From an uncultured Thermodesulfobacteriota bacterium (GTDB taxonomy: Bacteria > Desulfobacterota > WTBG01 > CAIYCZ01 > CAIRTM01): DNA of 64,000 nt. Below the pieces are notes generated by a model. The model was not told the origin of the DNA, did not search any database, and was given only the letters and a program-made list of their open reading frames with translations. The DNA lies in the NCBI GenBank assembly GCA_964387595.1, contig CAYLYF010000005.1:2220-66219 (forward strand). The letters run 5' to 3'. Position numbers and translations under genes: made by a program. This document shows positions 39,115-49,412 of this stretch, piece after piece (the first letter of the stretch is position 1; each line of letters begins with the position of its first letter).

Positions 39115-40111
39115 TTTGGAAATAACCTTCTTTTCTATACCAGTCTACGGTGCTTTTAACCACGTGCTTTAATGGCGTCTGAGGAATACCGAGTTCTTTA
39201 ACCGCTTTTGTAAAGTCCACCCTCTTTTTAGCTGAAAGCACCCGGATATTTGCAGGAGTCGCAACCGGTTCCTTCTTGGTTATATAATCAGAAACAGCTG
39301 TAATTAAAACAGCCCAGGCCAAAGCCATAAAACGGGGTGATTTCATGAACGGCGCCCTTACGCTGCCTTCATCTGCAATCAATTTAAAAATTTCTTTCAT
39401 AGTCGCAAAATTTTCGACGCATCCCAGGTTATAGGACTCGCCTTTCCCCCCTTTTTCCATGGCCAGCAGATGACCGGCAACAACATCATTGATCCCGACC
39501 ACATCTATACCGCCGTCAAAATAAGAAGGCATTCTTCCTTTGATGATATCAATCACCAGCTTACCGGACGGCGTGGGATAGATATCGCCCTCACCCATGA
39601 CCATGGCAGGTCTGACAATAACAGCATTTAGCCCCTTTTCAACAGACTCAAATACAACTTTTTCAGCTTCATATTTAGAGATCTCATAAGGTGCTTTTAA
39701 ATAGTGAAGGTTAAACTCTATATCTTCTGCAGATGGCTTTCCGTCCGGCCTGATCCCAAGAGCTGCAATGGAACTGGTATGGACAACCTTTTCAACACCA
39801 GATTCAAGAGCTGCCTGCATGACATTTCGGGTACCTTCAACATTCACCTTTATCAGCTGATCATAATCACGCATCCATGTCCTGTATAAGCCTGCTACAT
39901 GATAAACATGGGTACAGCCGTCTACAGCTTTATCAATAGATTCCCGGTCATTAATATCAGCTTCAAAAATTTCAGCATCAAGACCTTCGATGTTCTTTCT
40001 GCTGCTTGCCTTCCTGACCGTTATCCTTACTTTTTCATTCCGGTTTAAAAGTTCCTTTACAATCGCTGATCCCAGAAAGCCGGTTGCGCCGGTAACTAAT
40101 ATTTTTTTCAA
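39086..40111 (-). CDS. NAD-dependent epimerase/dehydratase (HpnA/dihydroflavonol reductase-like)
   Basis: LVTGATGFLG, YHVAGLY, HTSSIAALG, YEISK, DVVAGH. Confidence 0.88.
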   Translation of the reverse strand: MKKILVTGATGFLGSAIVKELLNRNEKVRITVRKASSRKNIEGLDAEIFEADINDRESIDKAVDGCTHVYHVAGLYRTWMRDYDQLIKVNVEGTRNVMQAALESGVEKVVHTSSIAALGIRPDGKPSAEDIEFNLHYLKAPYEISKYEAEKVVFESVEKGLNAVIVRPAMVMGEGDIYPTPSGKLVIDIIKGRMPSYFDGGIDVVGINDVVAGHLLAMEKGGKGESYNLGCVENFATMKEIFKLIADEGSVRAPFMKSPRFMALAWAVLITAVSDYITKKEPVATPANIRVLSAKKRVDFTKAVKELGIPQTPLKHVVKSTVDWYRKEGYFQNVSKNHRYC

Positions 40112-40296
40112 TATAAGCTCCTAAAACTAAGATTTATAATGTTTTATATTAATTTAATGTTTTTAACTGAGCTATTTATCTTATAATTATATACTGCTCT
40201 ATTAACAAAGACAAACTATTATTGCCGCAGCAAAACATCCTTAACTATTTGATGATCACAGAGAGCAGCAGCAGCAGGCTGTCCGGTGACAGCCTC

Positions 40297-42006
40297 CTAG
40301 AGCTTTTCAAAGGCTGAAAGCTTTTTAATGCCGATTTTCATGGGAAGCAAAAATACCAGAATGTTTATAAATAATACAAGGCCAAAATGTATTGACACAC
40401 TCACCCATTGTGATGAGGACACCGGAACATTGGTAAACTCAGACATCATAAAATAATACACCGGTCTTGCTTCCAGAACGACAATTGAACCGATAAAAAG
40501 CATTGACAGGATCATAAACAAAAGGCCTCCAAAACCGGTTGGGATCTGGGCAATATTTTCAATTTTAAAACGGGGATAAGACGCTCCGCATCCGATACCC
40601 AGACTTGTAATCCCGAAGGTCATTAAAAATATAGTTACTGCCGAAACAGCCATCATCATTGTATCAACCTTTAACAGGTAATTTGTAAAAATGATCAAAA
40701 TCTCTGACATCACCACAAGAAATATAAAGTTCACCCAAAACTTGCACCATAAAAACCTTTTTAACCCCATAGGGGATGATTTAATTATCCAGAAAGCATC
40801 CCCCTCAAGACTGACAGCCGGATAAGCAAACCTCACAGCAACAGCAGAAATAACGAAACCGGCCAGGCCCAGGTTTATAAATGAAATAATGTTCTGTAGA
40901 TAAACCGTTGGAAGAGGGTTTTTTTCCATCGGGAGAACACTGATATTATACAAATAAATAACAATGATCGCCAAAAGGATAAAAATCTGTGACCACTGAG
41001 CAGTGTCTCTAAAAAAGATCTTTATGTCTTTTTCAACAATAGACCTGCCAGGTGGAGACATTGGAAATAAAATGAGATCCAGCACCTTGTTGAAAAATCT
41101 GTTAATTGATATCGCTGCCGTTTTTCCTTCCTGAGTTTTATTCCAGGCATCATAAAAAACAGCGTTAAAGACCCAGCCGAGCATCACCGTAAAAGCAAGT
41201 GCTGTACTCCATAAAAGGAGCATATTAAAAACGGCCGTACCCGGCACCTTATCAAAAAGCATTGATGACAAAATATCCGTCACCCACTGACTGGGCAGAA
41301 AAGGGGATGTGGGTGCTTTAAGAGCGGAAAGATAATCTATTACCGTAAAAAATTTATCCGGGTCAACAAGTCTCTCCGGTTTTAAAAAACGAAACATAAA
41401 ATATACAATAATAACAAAGAATATTGTTATCAGAAAGAGCACGTCTTTAAGTCTTTTTGCAGGAAAATATTTGACCAGCGCCATGGCAACTCCGATCCCG
41501 AGAGTACCGCAGATAACAACAAACGGAAGACCGGAAAATATCAAAAAAACATAATACGAAAAGTTCTGTTCATAGATTATCCCATATGAAATAAACACAG
41601 GCAGACTGAACATGAGTACCATCCAGGAACTGTTGAAAATAGTTTCAGTCAGTTTTGAGAAATAAAGGTCAGCATAATTAAAAGGCGTGGAGATGATCAG
41701 TTGAAGCTCTTCTGAAATAAAAAAAGAAGAGATGGCAGTTATCACATTACTGAAAATTAAAATAGAAAAGAAAGTTAGAAATACCATTGAAAGGAGTTTG
41801 GCCGCAAGAAAATCTCCGAAAACTTCAATACCCTTGAAATAAGTAAGCACCCTGAAAAAAACAATAAAAAGACCGGCCCAGAACGCAAGACCGAAACCCA
41901 CCATCAAAAACGCCTTGGTATAAGAACCTTCACCTTTAAATTTTATCCTGTTTTTTAATTGCGTGATCTTTGGGTATAAAAGACCCAGACTGTTATTAAT
42001 CATCAA
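40297..42006 (-). CDS. Putative ABC-2-type transporter permease
   Basis: 569 aa polytopic membrane protein immediately downstream of the ABC ATPase. EKDIKIFFRD, SLEGDAFWI. Confidence 0.8.
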   Translation of the reverse strand: MMINNSLGLLYPKITQLKNRIKFKGEGSYTKAFLMVGFGLAFWAGLFIVFFRVLTYFKGIEVFGDFLAAKLLSMVFLTFFSILIFSNVITAISSFFISEELQLIISTPFNYADLYFSKLTETIFNSSWMVLMFSLPVFISYGIIYEQNFSYYVFLIFSGLPFVVICGTLGIGVAMALVKYFPAKRLKDVLFLITIFFVIIVYFMFRFLKPERLVDPDKFFTVIDYLSALKAPTSPFLPSQWVTDILSSMLFDKVPGTAVFNMLLLWSTALAFTVMLGWVFNAVFYDAWNKTQEGKTAAISINRFFNKVLDLILFPMSPPGRSIVEKDIKIFFRDTAQWSQIFILLAIIVIYLYNISVLPMEKNPLPTVYLQNIISFINLGLAGFVISAVAVRFAYPAVSLEGDAFWIIKSSPMGLKRFLWCKFWVNFIFLVVMSEILIIFTNYLLKVDTMMMAVSAVTIFLMTFGITSLGIGCGASYPRFKIENIAQIPTGFGGLLFMILSMLFIGSIVVLEARPVYYFMMSEFTNVPVSSSQWVSVSIHFGLVLFINILVFLLPMKIGIKKLSAFEKL

Positions 42007-42761
42007 AACCTCAAAGAATCTATTACTTCTCCGATCTCATCACCGCCGGTAAACTTAAAAAATATTGAGTCCAGTTTTTCGCCTTCGGTCCCGGTTTTTT
42101 CCCGCAATTCTTTCATTGTCCCAACCGCAACAATAGTTCCCTTTTGTATGATTCCGATCCTGTCGCACATCTCTTCAGCGATCTCCAGGGTATGGGTCGA
42201 CATAAATATTGTTGTGCCTTTTTTACAAATCTCTCTGAATATTTTTTTAACCAGGCTTGCTCCTTTCGGGTCGAGTCCGACCATCGGTTCATCAACGATT
42301 AATAGCTTCGGTTTATGGATAAGAGATGATGCCATGACCAGGCGCTGCTTCATCCCATGGGAAAAACTTTCAATCAGATTATCAACATAGTCTTCCATAT
42401 TAAAAAGTTCCATCAGCGGTTCAAGACGTTTGTTGATATCCTCTTTATTAAGGCCATACAGTCTTCCGGCAAACCACAGGAACTCCCTTCCTGTGAGTTT
42501 GCTGTACAAAAAAGGCCTGTCAGGGATAAAACCAGTAATCATTTTTGCCTCATTGGGATCATTAGCGATGTTCCATCCATTAATAAAAACATTTCCTGAT
42601 GTGGGTTTAACAAGTCCCGCCATCATTCTTATCGTTGTTGTTTTTCCGGCACCATTGGGACCCAGAAACCCAAACAGTTCGCCTTTATCAACAGAAAGTG
42701 AAATGTTATCAATGGCTGTAACCGATGGATATTTTTTTGTTAAATTCTCAAGTTTAATCAT
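42003..42761 (-). CDS. ABC transporter ATP-binding protein
   Basis: GPNGAGKTT, FSHGMKQR, LIVDEP, STH. Confidence 0.95.
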   Translation of the reverse strand: MIKLENLTKKYPSVTAIDNISLSVDKGELFGFLGPNGAGKTTTIRMMAGLVKPTSGNVFINGWNIANDPNEAKMITGFIPDRPFLYSKLTGREFLWFAGRLYGLNKEDINKRLEPLMELFNMEDYVDNLIESFSHGMKQRLVMASSLIHKPKLLIVDEPMVGLDPKGASLVKKIFREICKKGTTIFMSTHTLEIAEEMCDRIGIIQKGTIVAVGTMKELREKTGTEGEKLDSIFFKFTGGDEIGEVIDSLRF

Positions 42762-44221
42762 CTTTGCTCCAATACTTCCAGTTCAAGCCTTCCAACAAGG
42801 CCCAGAACCCCCAGCTGGTCTTCCATCTCACCCTCAAAAAACTTGACATGGGTGACATCAGCAGGGAATTGCTTTAAAGTCGGATCTATTGTCACCCATT
42901 TACCCAGATATATTTCTGACCATGCATGATAATAAAAACCGCCGTTCACATATACGATACCGGCACAAATCCTTGCCGGTATTTTTACAGCCCGGCAAAG
43001 TGCCGTAAACAAAACAGCATGTTCATTACAGTCTCCCTGTCTTGTCTTAATGACTTCAAGCGCACTCGGTATGCTTAGGGTTGGTTTTTTTTCAATATTT
43101 TCATATACCCATTTAAAAAGTTTATCTGCTGCCTTTTTTGCATCAGTTTCATCTTTTATGATGTCTTCGGCAAGCGATATTATTTCTTCATCTTCACTTT
43201 GAATAAAAAGAGTGGGCAAAAGATATTTTTCCATCCCCTTTCCGTTAAAAGGCAATAGGTACGTATCTTTACTTGACAAAAGATCCGCTTTTATCTCAAC
43301 GACATCACCTTCCTGAATCTGTCTTTCACTTGTGAGATCAAAATCATCGACCTTAATATTTTTAAGCCGCAACTTTAGATAACTCAGCCCTCCCAACCTT
43401 ATTTTGCTGTTAACTTTTACCGCTGTTTCAGAGACAAGGTCCACCTTATCTCCCTGACCAGCACTTAAAGCCTCCTCTTTTGACTCTTTTAGAAGCATAA
43501 TCCCCATAGGGCTTTCTTCTTTTAAGGTCTCCCCCTGCTGATCGATCCAGGAATAAAGCGCGATTCCGTTAAACACTTCTTTTATTTTAAAACAATTCTT
43601 TTTTTCCCCTTTAATTTTGATCTGTTCTTCTGATACAACCTCAACGGTTATTGATCTGTTTGCAAGCGTGAGCGGATCAAATATCCTCCTTGAAAAAGTA
43701 CTCCCGACCTTAAGCCCTTTTTTTAAAATAAAATATTTAAGACCATTTGAAAGTATCGGTTTCTCTTTTAAGATTAAGTCCCTGTTCTGCTTTTTCCCGC
43801 CGGAAACGATCATCAATTTAAGTTTTTCATCCTCAATATTTCCGTAAGCGATAAAACTGATGACACCGGACTTTATCCTGAAACTGAAATTTTTCAATGT
43901 CATTTCCCGATCCGTAACAGAATTGATTTTACTTTCTATCTTCTGCGGAAGGCCCATGACTTTCATGTTCATAAACAGATTTTCTGTGATTCTGTAACCT
44001 TCTTCTATTTTTCTTATTTCAGAAAAAGAATATCCTATTTTCTGCCCTTTAAGATAAAGGCCGGCCCATTCTTCCCTGCTCTCTATTTCATTTACAAGAT
44101 ATTTCTCTTCAAAGATAAAATTAGAACCAACAAACAGATTCTTCTTTAGAAGAAGTCCCATCATTATGATCCAGAATAAAACGATTACAATTCCTAAAAT
44201 TTTACCGGATTTCATCATCAT
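42758..44221 (-). CDS. Transglutaminase-like domain membrane-anchored protein
   Basis: N-terminal TM; catalytic triad motifs GDCNEHA, YHAWSE, IDPT. Confidence 0.9.
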   Translation of the reverse strand: MMMKSGKILGIVIVLFWIIMMGLLLKKNLFVGSNFIFEEKYLVNEIESREEWAGLYLKGQKIGYSFSEIRKIEEGYRITENLFMNMKVMGLPQKIESKINSVTDREMTLKNFSFRIKSGVISFIAYGNIEDEKLKLMIVSGGKKQNRDLILKEKPILSNGLKYFILKKGLKVGSTFSRRIFDPLTLANRSITVEVVSEEQIKIKGEKKNCFKIKEVFNGIALYSWIDQQGETLKEESPMGIMLLKESKEEALSAGQGDKVDLVSETAVKVNSKIRLGGLSYLKLRLKNIKVDDFDLTSERQIQEGDVVEIKADLLSSKDTYLLPFNGKGMEKYLLPTLFIQSEDEEIISLAEDIIKDETDAKKAADKLFKWVYENIEKKPTLSIPSALEVIKTRQGDCNEHAVLFTALCRAVKIPARICAGIVYVNGGFYYHAWSEIYLGKWVTIDPTLKQFPADVTHVKFFEGEMEDQLGVLGLVGRLELEVLEQR

Positions 44222-44243
44222 AAAATAATTTATATATTAAAAA

Positions 44244-44274
44244 AGCCCTGACGCACAAAATATGCTTCAGGGCT
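44244..44274 (-). terminator. Probable rho-independent terminator after ihfB
   Basis: AGCCCTGA..TCAGGGCT stem with a U-run on the minus strand. Confidence 0.55.
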
Positions 44275-44307
44275 ATTCATCTATTAATCAACTAAAACAG
44301 TTCACGT

Positions 44308-44592
44308 TTACGGTTTATTTTTATTAATTCTTTCCCTTAATTCCTTGCCCACCTTAAAAAACGGCCGCTTTTTCGGTTTTATCTCAATAGGCTGACCTGT
44401 ACGGGGATGATTGCCGGTTCGTCCAAAATATTCACGTACCTTGAAACTTCCAAAGCCGCGTATTTCTATACCGTCACCTTTAACCAGTTCTTCTGACATA
44501 CAGTCAAAGATTTTATTTACTGCGATTTCTGCGATATTCGGCTGGATCTTTGCTTCATCAGCCAGTTTTTGAATGAGTTCAGATTTTACCAT
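44308..44592 (-). CDS. ihfB: Integration host factor beta / HU-family DNA-binding protein
   Basis: MVKSELI, IEIRGFGSF, GNHPRTG, PFFKVGKELRERIN. Confidence 0.88.
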   Translation of the reverse strand: MVKSELIQKLADEAKIQPNIAEIAVNKIFDCMSEELVKGDGIEIRGFGSFKVREYFGRTGNHPRTGQPIEIKPKKRPFFKVGKELRERINKNKP

Positions 44593-44683
44593 AAATTACC
44601 TCTTAGATATTGTATTATCCTATAAATAAGTATAATTGCTTTCTTTTATATCGAATAGTACGACTGATGTCAATTAAAAGTTA

Positions 44684-45310
44684 TTAAATATTTTTAGCCG
44701 TTTTTTTTATTTTTTCAAAAAATTCCAATAATTCTAACGCTGCTTCTTTAGAATCAAAAACAACATTTGATTCATGATTTGAAGTAAGGGCATTATAAGT
44801 CCAGTTGGTACTTCCAATTATAACCATTTTTTCATCGATGATTAGAAGCTTACTGTGAGTTGTGGTTTTTTCCGTATCAATCAGCACATCAACGCCTGCT
44901 GTTTTTAATCTTTTAGCCGTATCAATATTCCGCTCTGTGTTCCTGTCGTTTTTTTGTCTGACATCAAGTATTATCTCTACCTTCAGACCCCTCTTTTTTG
45001 CATCAATTAAAGCATCAATCAGCTGATTACTCGGACTGTTCTTATGCTTTTTGTAGTAACTCGCTTCAAACATAATCATTCTTATGGAGCTGTTTGCATC
45101 AGTAATACGTTTTTTAACCTCCGGAAAATAATCTCTGTCAAGAAGAATCTCCAGATTTGTTACGTTTAATGCCATACTGCTTGAACAAAAAAACAGTATT
45201 ATTGCGATCAGCACTGGCAGAAGGCTAATATAAAACCTTAAGCTTTTAATATAACTATTTGTATAAACATTATTATTCATAATTCTCTTCATCACTTGCA
45301 GCAGCATCAC
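44684..45310 (-). CDS. Phospholipase D-like (single HKD, Nuc-type) protein
   Basis: HSKLLIIDEKMVIIGSTNWT. N-terminal signal/TM; exact start uncertain. Confidence 0.85.
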   Translation of the reverse strand: MMLLQVMKRIMNNNVYTNSYIKSLRFYISLLPVLIAIILFFCSSSMALNVTNLEILLDRDYFPEVKKRITDANSSIRMIMFEASYYKKHKNSPSNQLIDALIDAKKRGLKVEIILDVRQKNDRNTERNIDTAKRLKTAGVDVLIDTEKTTTHSKLLIIDEKMVIIGSTNWTYNALTSNHESNVVFDSKEAALELLEFFEKIKKTAKNI

Positions 45311-45461
45311 CCGCTAGATTGTATTCCTCTCCAAACCACTGCCCAAGATCAATAAGCCTGCATCTTTCAGAACAAAAAGGCCTGAATGGATTTTCAGCCG
45401 AGTAAACAGTTTCCTTTTTACATAAAGGACATTTCACTTTAATAATCTTTTCATCTGTCAT
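45273..45461 (-). CDS. yacG: DNA gyrase inhibitor YacG
   Basis: VKCPLCKK..FRPFCSERCRLIDLGQWFGEEY. Confidence 0.95.
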   Translation of the reverse strand: MTDEKIIKVKCPLCKKETVYSAENPFRPFCSERCRLIDLGQWFGEEYNLAGDAAASDEENYE

Positions 45462-47044
45462 TTTTCGCTGTAAACTTTCTTAATATATTCTTTTACACTT
45501 TTATCCCAGGAAAATTCGGCTTTTTGGGCTGCCCTGCAGATGTTATTCCATTCAGAAACGGAATTCTCTCTTATATTAACAGCTGCAAGACATTTTTCAA
45601 CAAAATTATCCACCTTCGCCTCTACGGTTTCACCGTAAAAAACAAAACCGTTTTTATTATCGTTTACGGTATCATTAAGACCTCCCACACCATGCACGAC
45701 ACAGGGCTGGCCTTCCCGCATTGAATACATCTGACTGATCCCGCAGGGCTCATAAGAACTGGGCATTAAAAAAAGATGCCCATTAGCGTAAAGCACATCT
45801 GCGCACTCATTTGAGTATCCATTTAAAAATATAAAATTTTCATATTTTAAACTCATTTTCATGAGGAAACGCTCATAGTCCCTGTCTCCGTTTCCAAGAA
45901 CAATATATAAGCCTCTGCCTTTTATTCCCTCAAGTATGCCATCAATTGCTGAAAAATCCCCCCCCCCTTTTGCCTTTAAAAGATAAAACTTCTGCTCAAC
46001 AACTCTGCTGATACTGGTAAGGATAATCGAATCTTTATAATTATCAGCATTAATAGCAGAAAGTTTTTCAAGGGTAAGGTAATGAGAGCTCTTAAGAAAT
46101 TCATCACCTGCCGCCCACGCTTTAACAACATTTTTAAAATATTTTAAAAGGAGATAAATATTATAAACAGGGACGCTTTTTTTAATTTCAAAATCACATC
46201 CGTTTAATATACCGAACAATTTGCCCTTTTTTTCTACCCTTAACAGATCCTTTTCAAGGCCGTCACCGCCATAATAAAAAGGCGGATTGCTGGATTTTAA
46301 TATCTCTTTTGCATAACCGGGGGAAACCGTATTCACCGCGTCAGCAAGCCGTATCCCCACTGCCATGGGATTTATACAGTCATCCCACCGGGTATCCACA
46401 AGCAGAGCTTTATCAAATTTATAGAGATCCGGATACCATTCCTTAAGAGAAGAACGGTGCCCCTGAAAAGGCCGTATCCCCTGAACAGAAAGGTTATGTA
46501 TGGTAAAAACAGTCCGGTATTTTTTAAGCCCTTTATATGCCTGATGATATTCTCTAAGGATTAATAAAAAAGCAGTATGCCAGTCATGAAGATGAAGGAT
46601 TGTGATATCACCAAAAATTTTATTTTTAATACCTTCCGCAACAGCCCTTGAAAAAAAAGCAAATTTTGTAGCATCCGTGGCAAACGGAGTTTCCGGAGGA
46701 TCATCATGATATATCCTGTTCTCATTTCCAGGGATAAAACCGCTATAAAAACCGGGGGAATCAATTATAAAATGGACCACTCCTGAATCATGCCTGAACC
46801 TGTAATAAACAGCCTCATAACTTGCGTTCGCAAAAAGAAAAGAGAGTTTACCCACAGCTTTTATTCTGTTTATTTCTTTATGTAAAAAACCATAGGACGG
46901 AACCACAACACTTACTTTACACCCCTGTCTGACCATTGCAGAGGGAAGATCTCTTACAACATCACCGATTCCGCCGACTTTACAATTTGGCAGCGCATCA
47001 TTTTCAGATGCGATCATAAGAACATTTATATCTTTATTTTTCAA
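45458..47044 (-). CDS. glgA: Glycogen/starch synthase (GT5)
   Basis: KVGGIGDV, LHLHDWH, FTIHNL, GILNG, FLMPSSYEPCGISQM, VGGLNDTV. Confidence 0.88.
   Translation of the reverse strand: MKNKDINVLMIASENDALPNCKVGGIGDVVRDLPSAMVRQGCKVSVVVPSYGFLHKEINRIKAVGKLSFLFANASYEAVYYRFRHDSGVVHFIIDSPGFYSGFIPGNENRIYHDDPPETPFATDATKFAFFSRAVAEGIKNKIFGDITILHLHDWHTAFLLILREYHQAYKGLKKYRTVFTIHNLSVQGIRPFQGHRSSLKEWYPDLYKFDKALLVDTRWDDCINPMAVGIRLADAVNTVSPGYAKEILKSSNPPFYYGGDGLEKDLLRVEKKGKLFGILNGCDFEIKKSVPVYNIYLLLKYFKNVVKAWAAGDEFLKSSHYLTLEKLSAINADNYKDSIILTSISRVVEQKFYLLKAKGGGDFSAIDGILEGIKGRGLYIVLGNGDRDYERFLMKMSLKYENFIFLNGYSNECADVLYANGHLFLMPSSYEPCGISQMYSMREGQPCVVHGVGGLNDTVNDNKNGFVFYGETVEAKVDNFVEKCLAAVNIRENSVSEWNNICRAAQKAEFSWDKSVKEYIKKVYSEK
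45958..45967. repeat. C10 (G10 on the coding strand) homopolymer inside glgA
   Basis: Ten consecutive C at 45958-45967, encoding KGGGD, currently in frame. Confidence 0.9.
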
Positions 47045-47265
47045 AATGTGTCTCTAGTCATAATTTATTTGTAAGATTAATCAGCTTTTGTATGTATTAT
47101 ACTGGTAAATAGAACATAATTAAATAATATTGTCTATATTTTATAGATTTCAAATGGCAAAAATAAGTTTTCTGCCCCATTATTTTCATGAGAAAAAGTA
47201 AAATCTTATGATAATGTTTAAACAAAGAATGGACACAAACATAAAGTACACCTAAAAGATATAAT

Positions 47266-47707
47266 ATGAATGAACTCTTAATCTTAGCATCCACAGCCCT
47301 GCTCTCATTTATAATATTTTTTTCTGTAATGATTTACTTCTATAAGAGCAATAACTGGTCTGTAAACATTTTAAAAAATTCAGAAAAACAAACCCATGTA
47401 AAAACGGTGAACTATCTTGATAGCCCAGATATAACCGTAGCTTTTCCCGGGAAAAAAGATCATTATTGTAAATTAAGTTTTACCTTGGCTGTTGATAATA
47501 AAGCACAGCCGATAATCCTGGATGATAAATACAAAACAGTGTTTCAGGGATTCTATCATACAGATCGTCACCGCTAAAAGTTACGAAAAATTGTCTTCAT
47601 ACAATGGCAAAATACACCTTAATCAGAACATCCGCACCAAACTTAATAAATATCTGGATGCCCCGTCTATCCGGGATGTTTATTACAGCGAGCTGGTTCT
47701 GCAGTAA
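47266..47707 (+). pseudogene. fliL: Frameshifted flagellar basal body protein FliL
   Basis: N-terminal TM plus HYCKLSFTL in one frame; FRDSIIQIVTAKSYEKLSSYNGKIHLNQNIRTKLN..IRDVYYSELVLQ in another. Removing one T from the TTT at 47542-47544 restores the frame. Confidence 0.75.
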
Positions 47708-47955
47708 TGATAAAATAATCTTACATTCAAATCTTATTGATTATCTTAAACATTTAAGAGTTTTTATAGCTTTTAATTTTATCTTTGATATTATATCTTA
47801 TATTATTTTAAAAAATGTTTAACAGCAAATTATGATTTAAAATAATTAAAATAAAATTATTATTTAATATAACTTTAAATTCTATTTGACACCTAATATG
47901 CATTTACTTATACTTTCAAAAATATAATCAACATCCATAATGCCAGGAGGAAATT

Positions 47956-48441
47956 GTGAACAGGAAATTTTTTTTAATATTCAACTTATTCATTATTTTG
48001 TTTGTTTTTGTCGTAAGCGGCTGCATGACGGCTAATGCCCCTAACCTTCCGTACAGCAACAAGCAAAAGAGTAATCTTACGGCAGGGATGGTTAAAAAAT
48101 ATGTAAAAGTTGACCAGGCAACACAAACAGATATACTCTCTGTCTTCGGTGCGCCAAACATCATCACCAGAGATAAAGACGGACATGAAGTCTGGACCTA
48201 TGACAAGCAAAGCATGGCATCTTCATCTGAAATCGCCGCCTGGAATGCAGCCGGATCCGGAACTGCCGCGGCTACCGGACTGGCCGGTGATGCACTTGTG
48301 GGCGGCATCGCAACCGTAGGTGCCCAGGCCGGAAAGAACAGTACTTCTTCCCGATCCAGCAGTACAACCTTCACCCTGATGATCAGTTTTACCGAAAATG
48401 ATGTGGTCAAATACTACCGGATGCGTGCAACGCAGTTTTAG
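47956..48441 (+). CDS. Lipoprotein, SmpA/OmlA(BamE)-like domain
   Basis: Lipobox VSGC; TQTDILSVFGAPNIIT..EVWTYDK, TLMISF. Confidence 0.65.
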   Translation: MNRKFFLIFNLFIILFVFVVSGCMTANAPNLPYSNKQKSNLTAGMVKKYVKVDQATQTDILSVFGAPNIITRDKDGHEVWTYDKQSMASSSEIAAWNAAGSGTAAATGLAGDALVGGIATVGAQAGKNSTSSRSSSTTFTLMISFTENDVVKYYRMRATQF

Positions 48442-48467
48442 ACACGAAAAACCATTTCTGAAGGAAA

Positions 48468-49106
48468 GTGAATTATTTCATGAAAATAAATATTGGCAGA
48501 AAATTTTCGATTATCATCATAACGTTGTTTATGATCTCTGGCTGCGCAGGTACAAGAGCCATAAAAAGCGGTTATCAGCCGCTTTCATCACAGCAGCGCG
48601 CAGCCATGCAGACAAAAGAACTGGAAGGAAGCTTTGACACCGGGTTTTCTGCCACGATATCCGTACTCCAGGATGAGGGCTGGCAGATCAAAGTTGTTGA
48701 TAAGTCCAGCGGGATTATCCAGGCCAGCTCACTTAAACGCCAGAGCATTATCGGTCCCGCCGAAGACTGGCATAATAAAATGGATTCAAGCTACATTGAA
48801 ACGCTGAAAAAAAATGCCGAAAAAAGAGGTTCCGGACTGCTGGACTGGACCCGGTGGGAACAGCTGACGGTTCATATAGAGCCCTGGGGGAAAAATTCCA
48901 TCCGTGAAAGGATCACCATAACAAAATTCGGTTCACTTCCTTCAAACACTTACAGTTACGCAAATAAAAAAGACATTCAGAGAACGGCGACCATCGGTGC
49001 GAAAGAACAGTCCATTGTGGTGGAGAGCCCGGCGACTTATCAATACCTTTATCAAAAGATTCAGCGTTCTATTTTTATTCGTCAGGGTTTGACAAACGAG
49101 CAATAA
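48468..49106 (+). CDS. Hypothetical lipoprotein
   Basis: Lipobox ISGC; QRAAMQTKE..SVLQDEGWQI..DKSSGIIQA. Directly follows the previous lipoprotein. Confidence 0.65.
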   Translation: MNYFMKINIGRKFSIIIITLFMISGCAGTRAIKSGYQPLSSQQRAAMQTKELEGSFDTGFSATISVLQDEGWQIKVVDKSSGIIQASSLKRQSIIGPAEDWHNKMDSSYIETLKKNAEKRGSGLLDWTRWEQLTVHIEPWGKNSIRERITITKFGSLPSNTYSYANKKDIQRTATIGAKEQSIVVESPATYQYLYQKIQRSIFIRQGLTNEQ

Positions 49107-49212
49107 AACCTTAAAGGATAAAAAAATCAACTCCCGCTAATCTGTTAACGACAAGACCCCTTATAATATTTTTTGTGGATATAAGGCGACGCATATCTGA
49201 GTCCCGACAAAA

Positions 49213-49300
49213 GATACTTTCCGCAGCAAGCTGCAGAGTATCTCGGTAATTAAACCGATCATTTTAGATACATGCCGCTTAACTCCGCACCAAGGTGCGG
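49213..49300. repeat. Two CAAG-loop hairpins (REP-like) between convergent genes
   Basis: GATACT..GCAG-CAAG-CTGC..AGTATC (49213-49242) and CCGCAC-CAAG-GTGCGG (49285-49300). Confidence 0.45.
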
Positions 49301-49412
49301 TGGTTGCGCGGCACGCTTCCGACTTAGGACCATTGTAGCGCCGACCGCAAAAAAACTTATGATTTTTCTATACTCTCTGCTGCCAACTCGGCCCCTTGAA
49401 TCCTGCTTTGCA

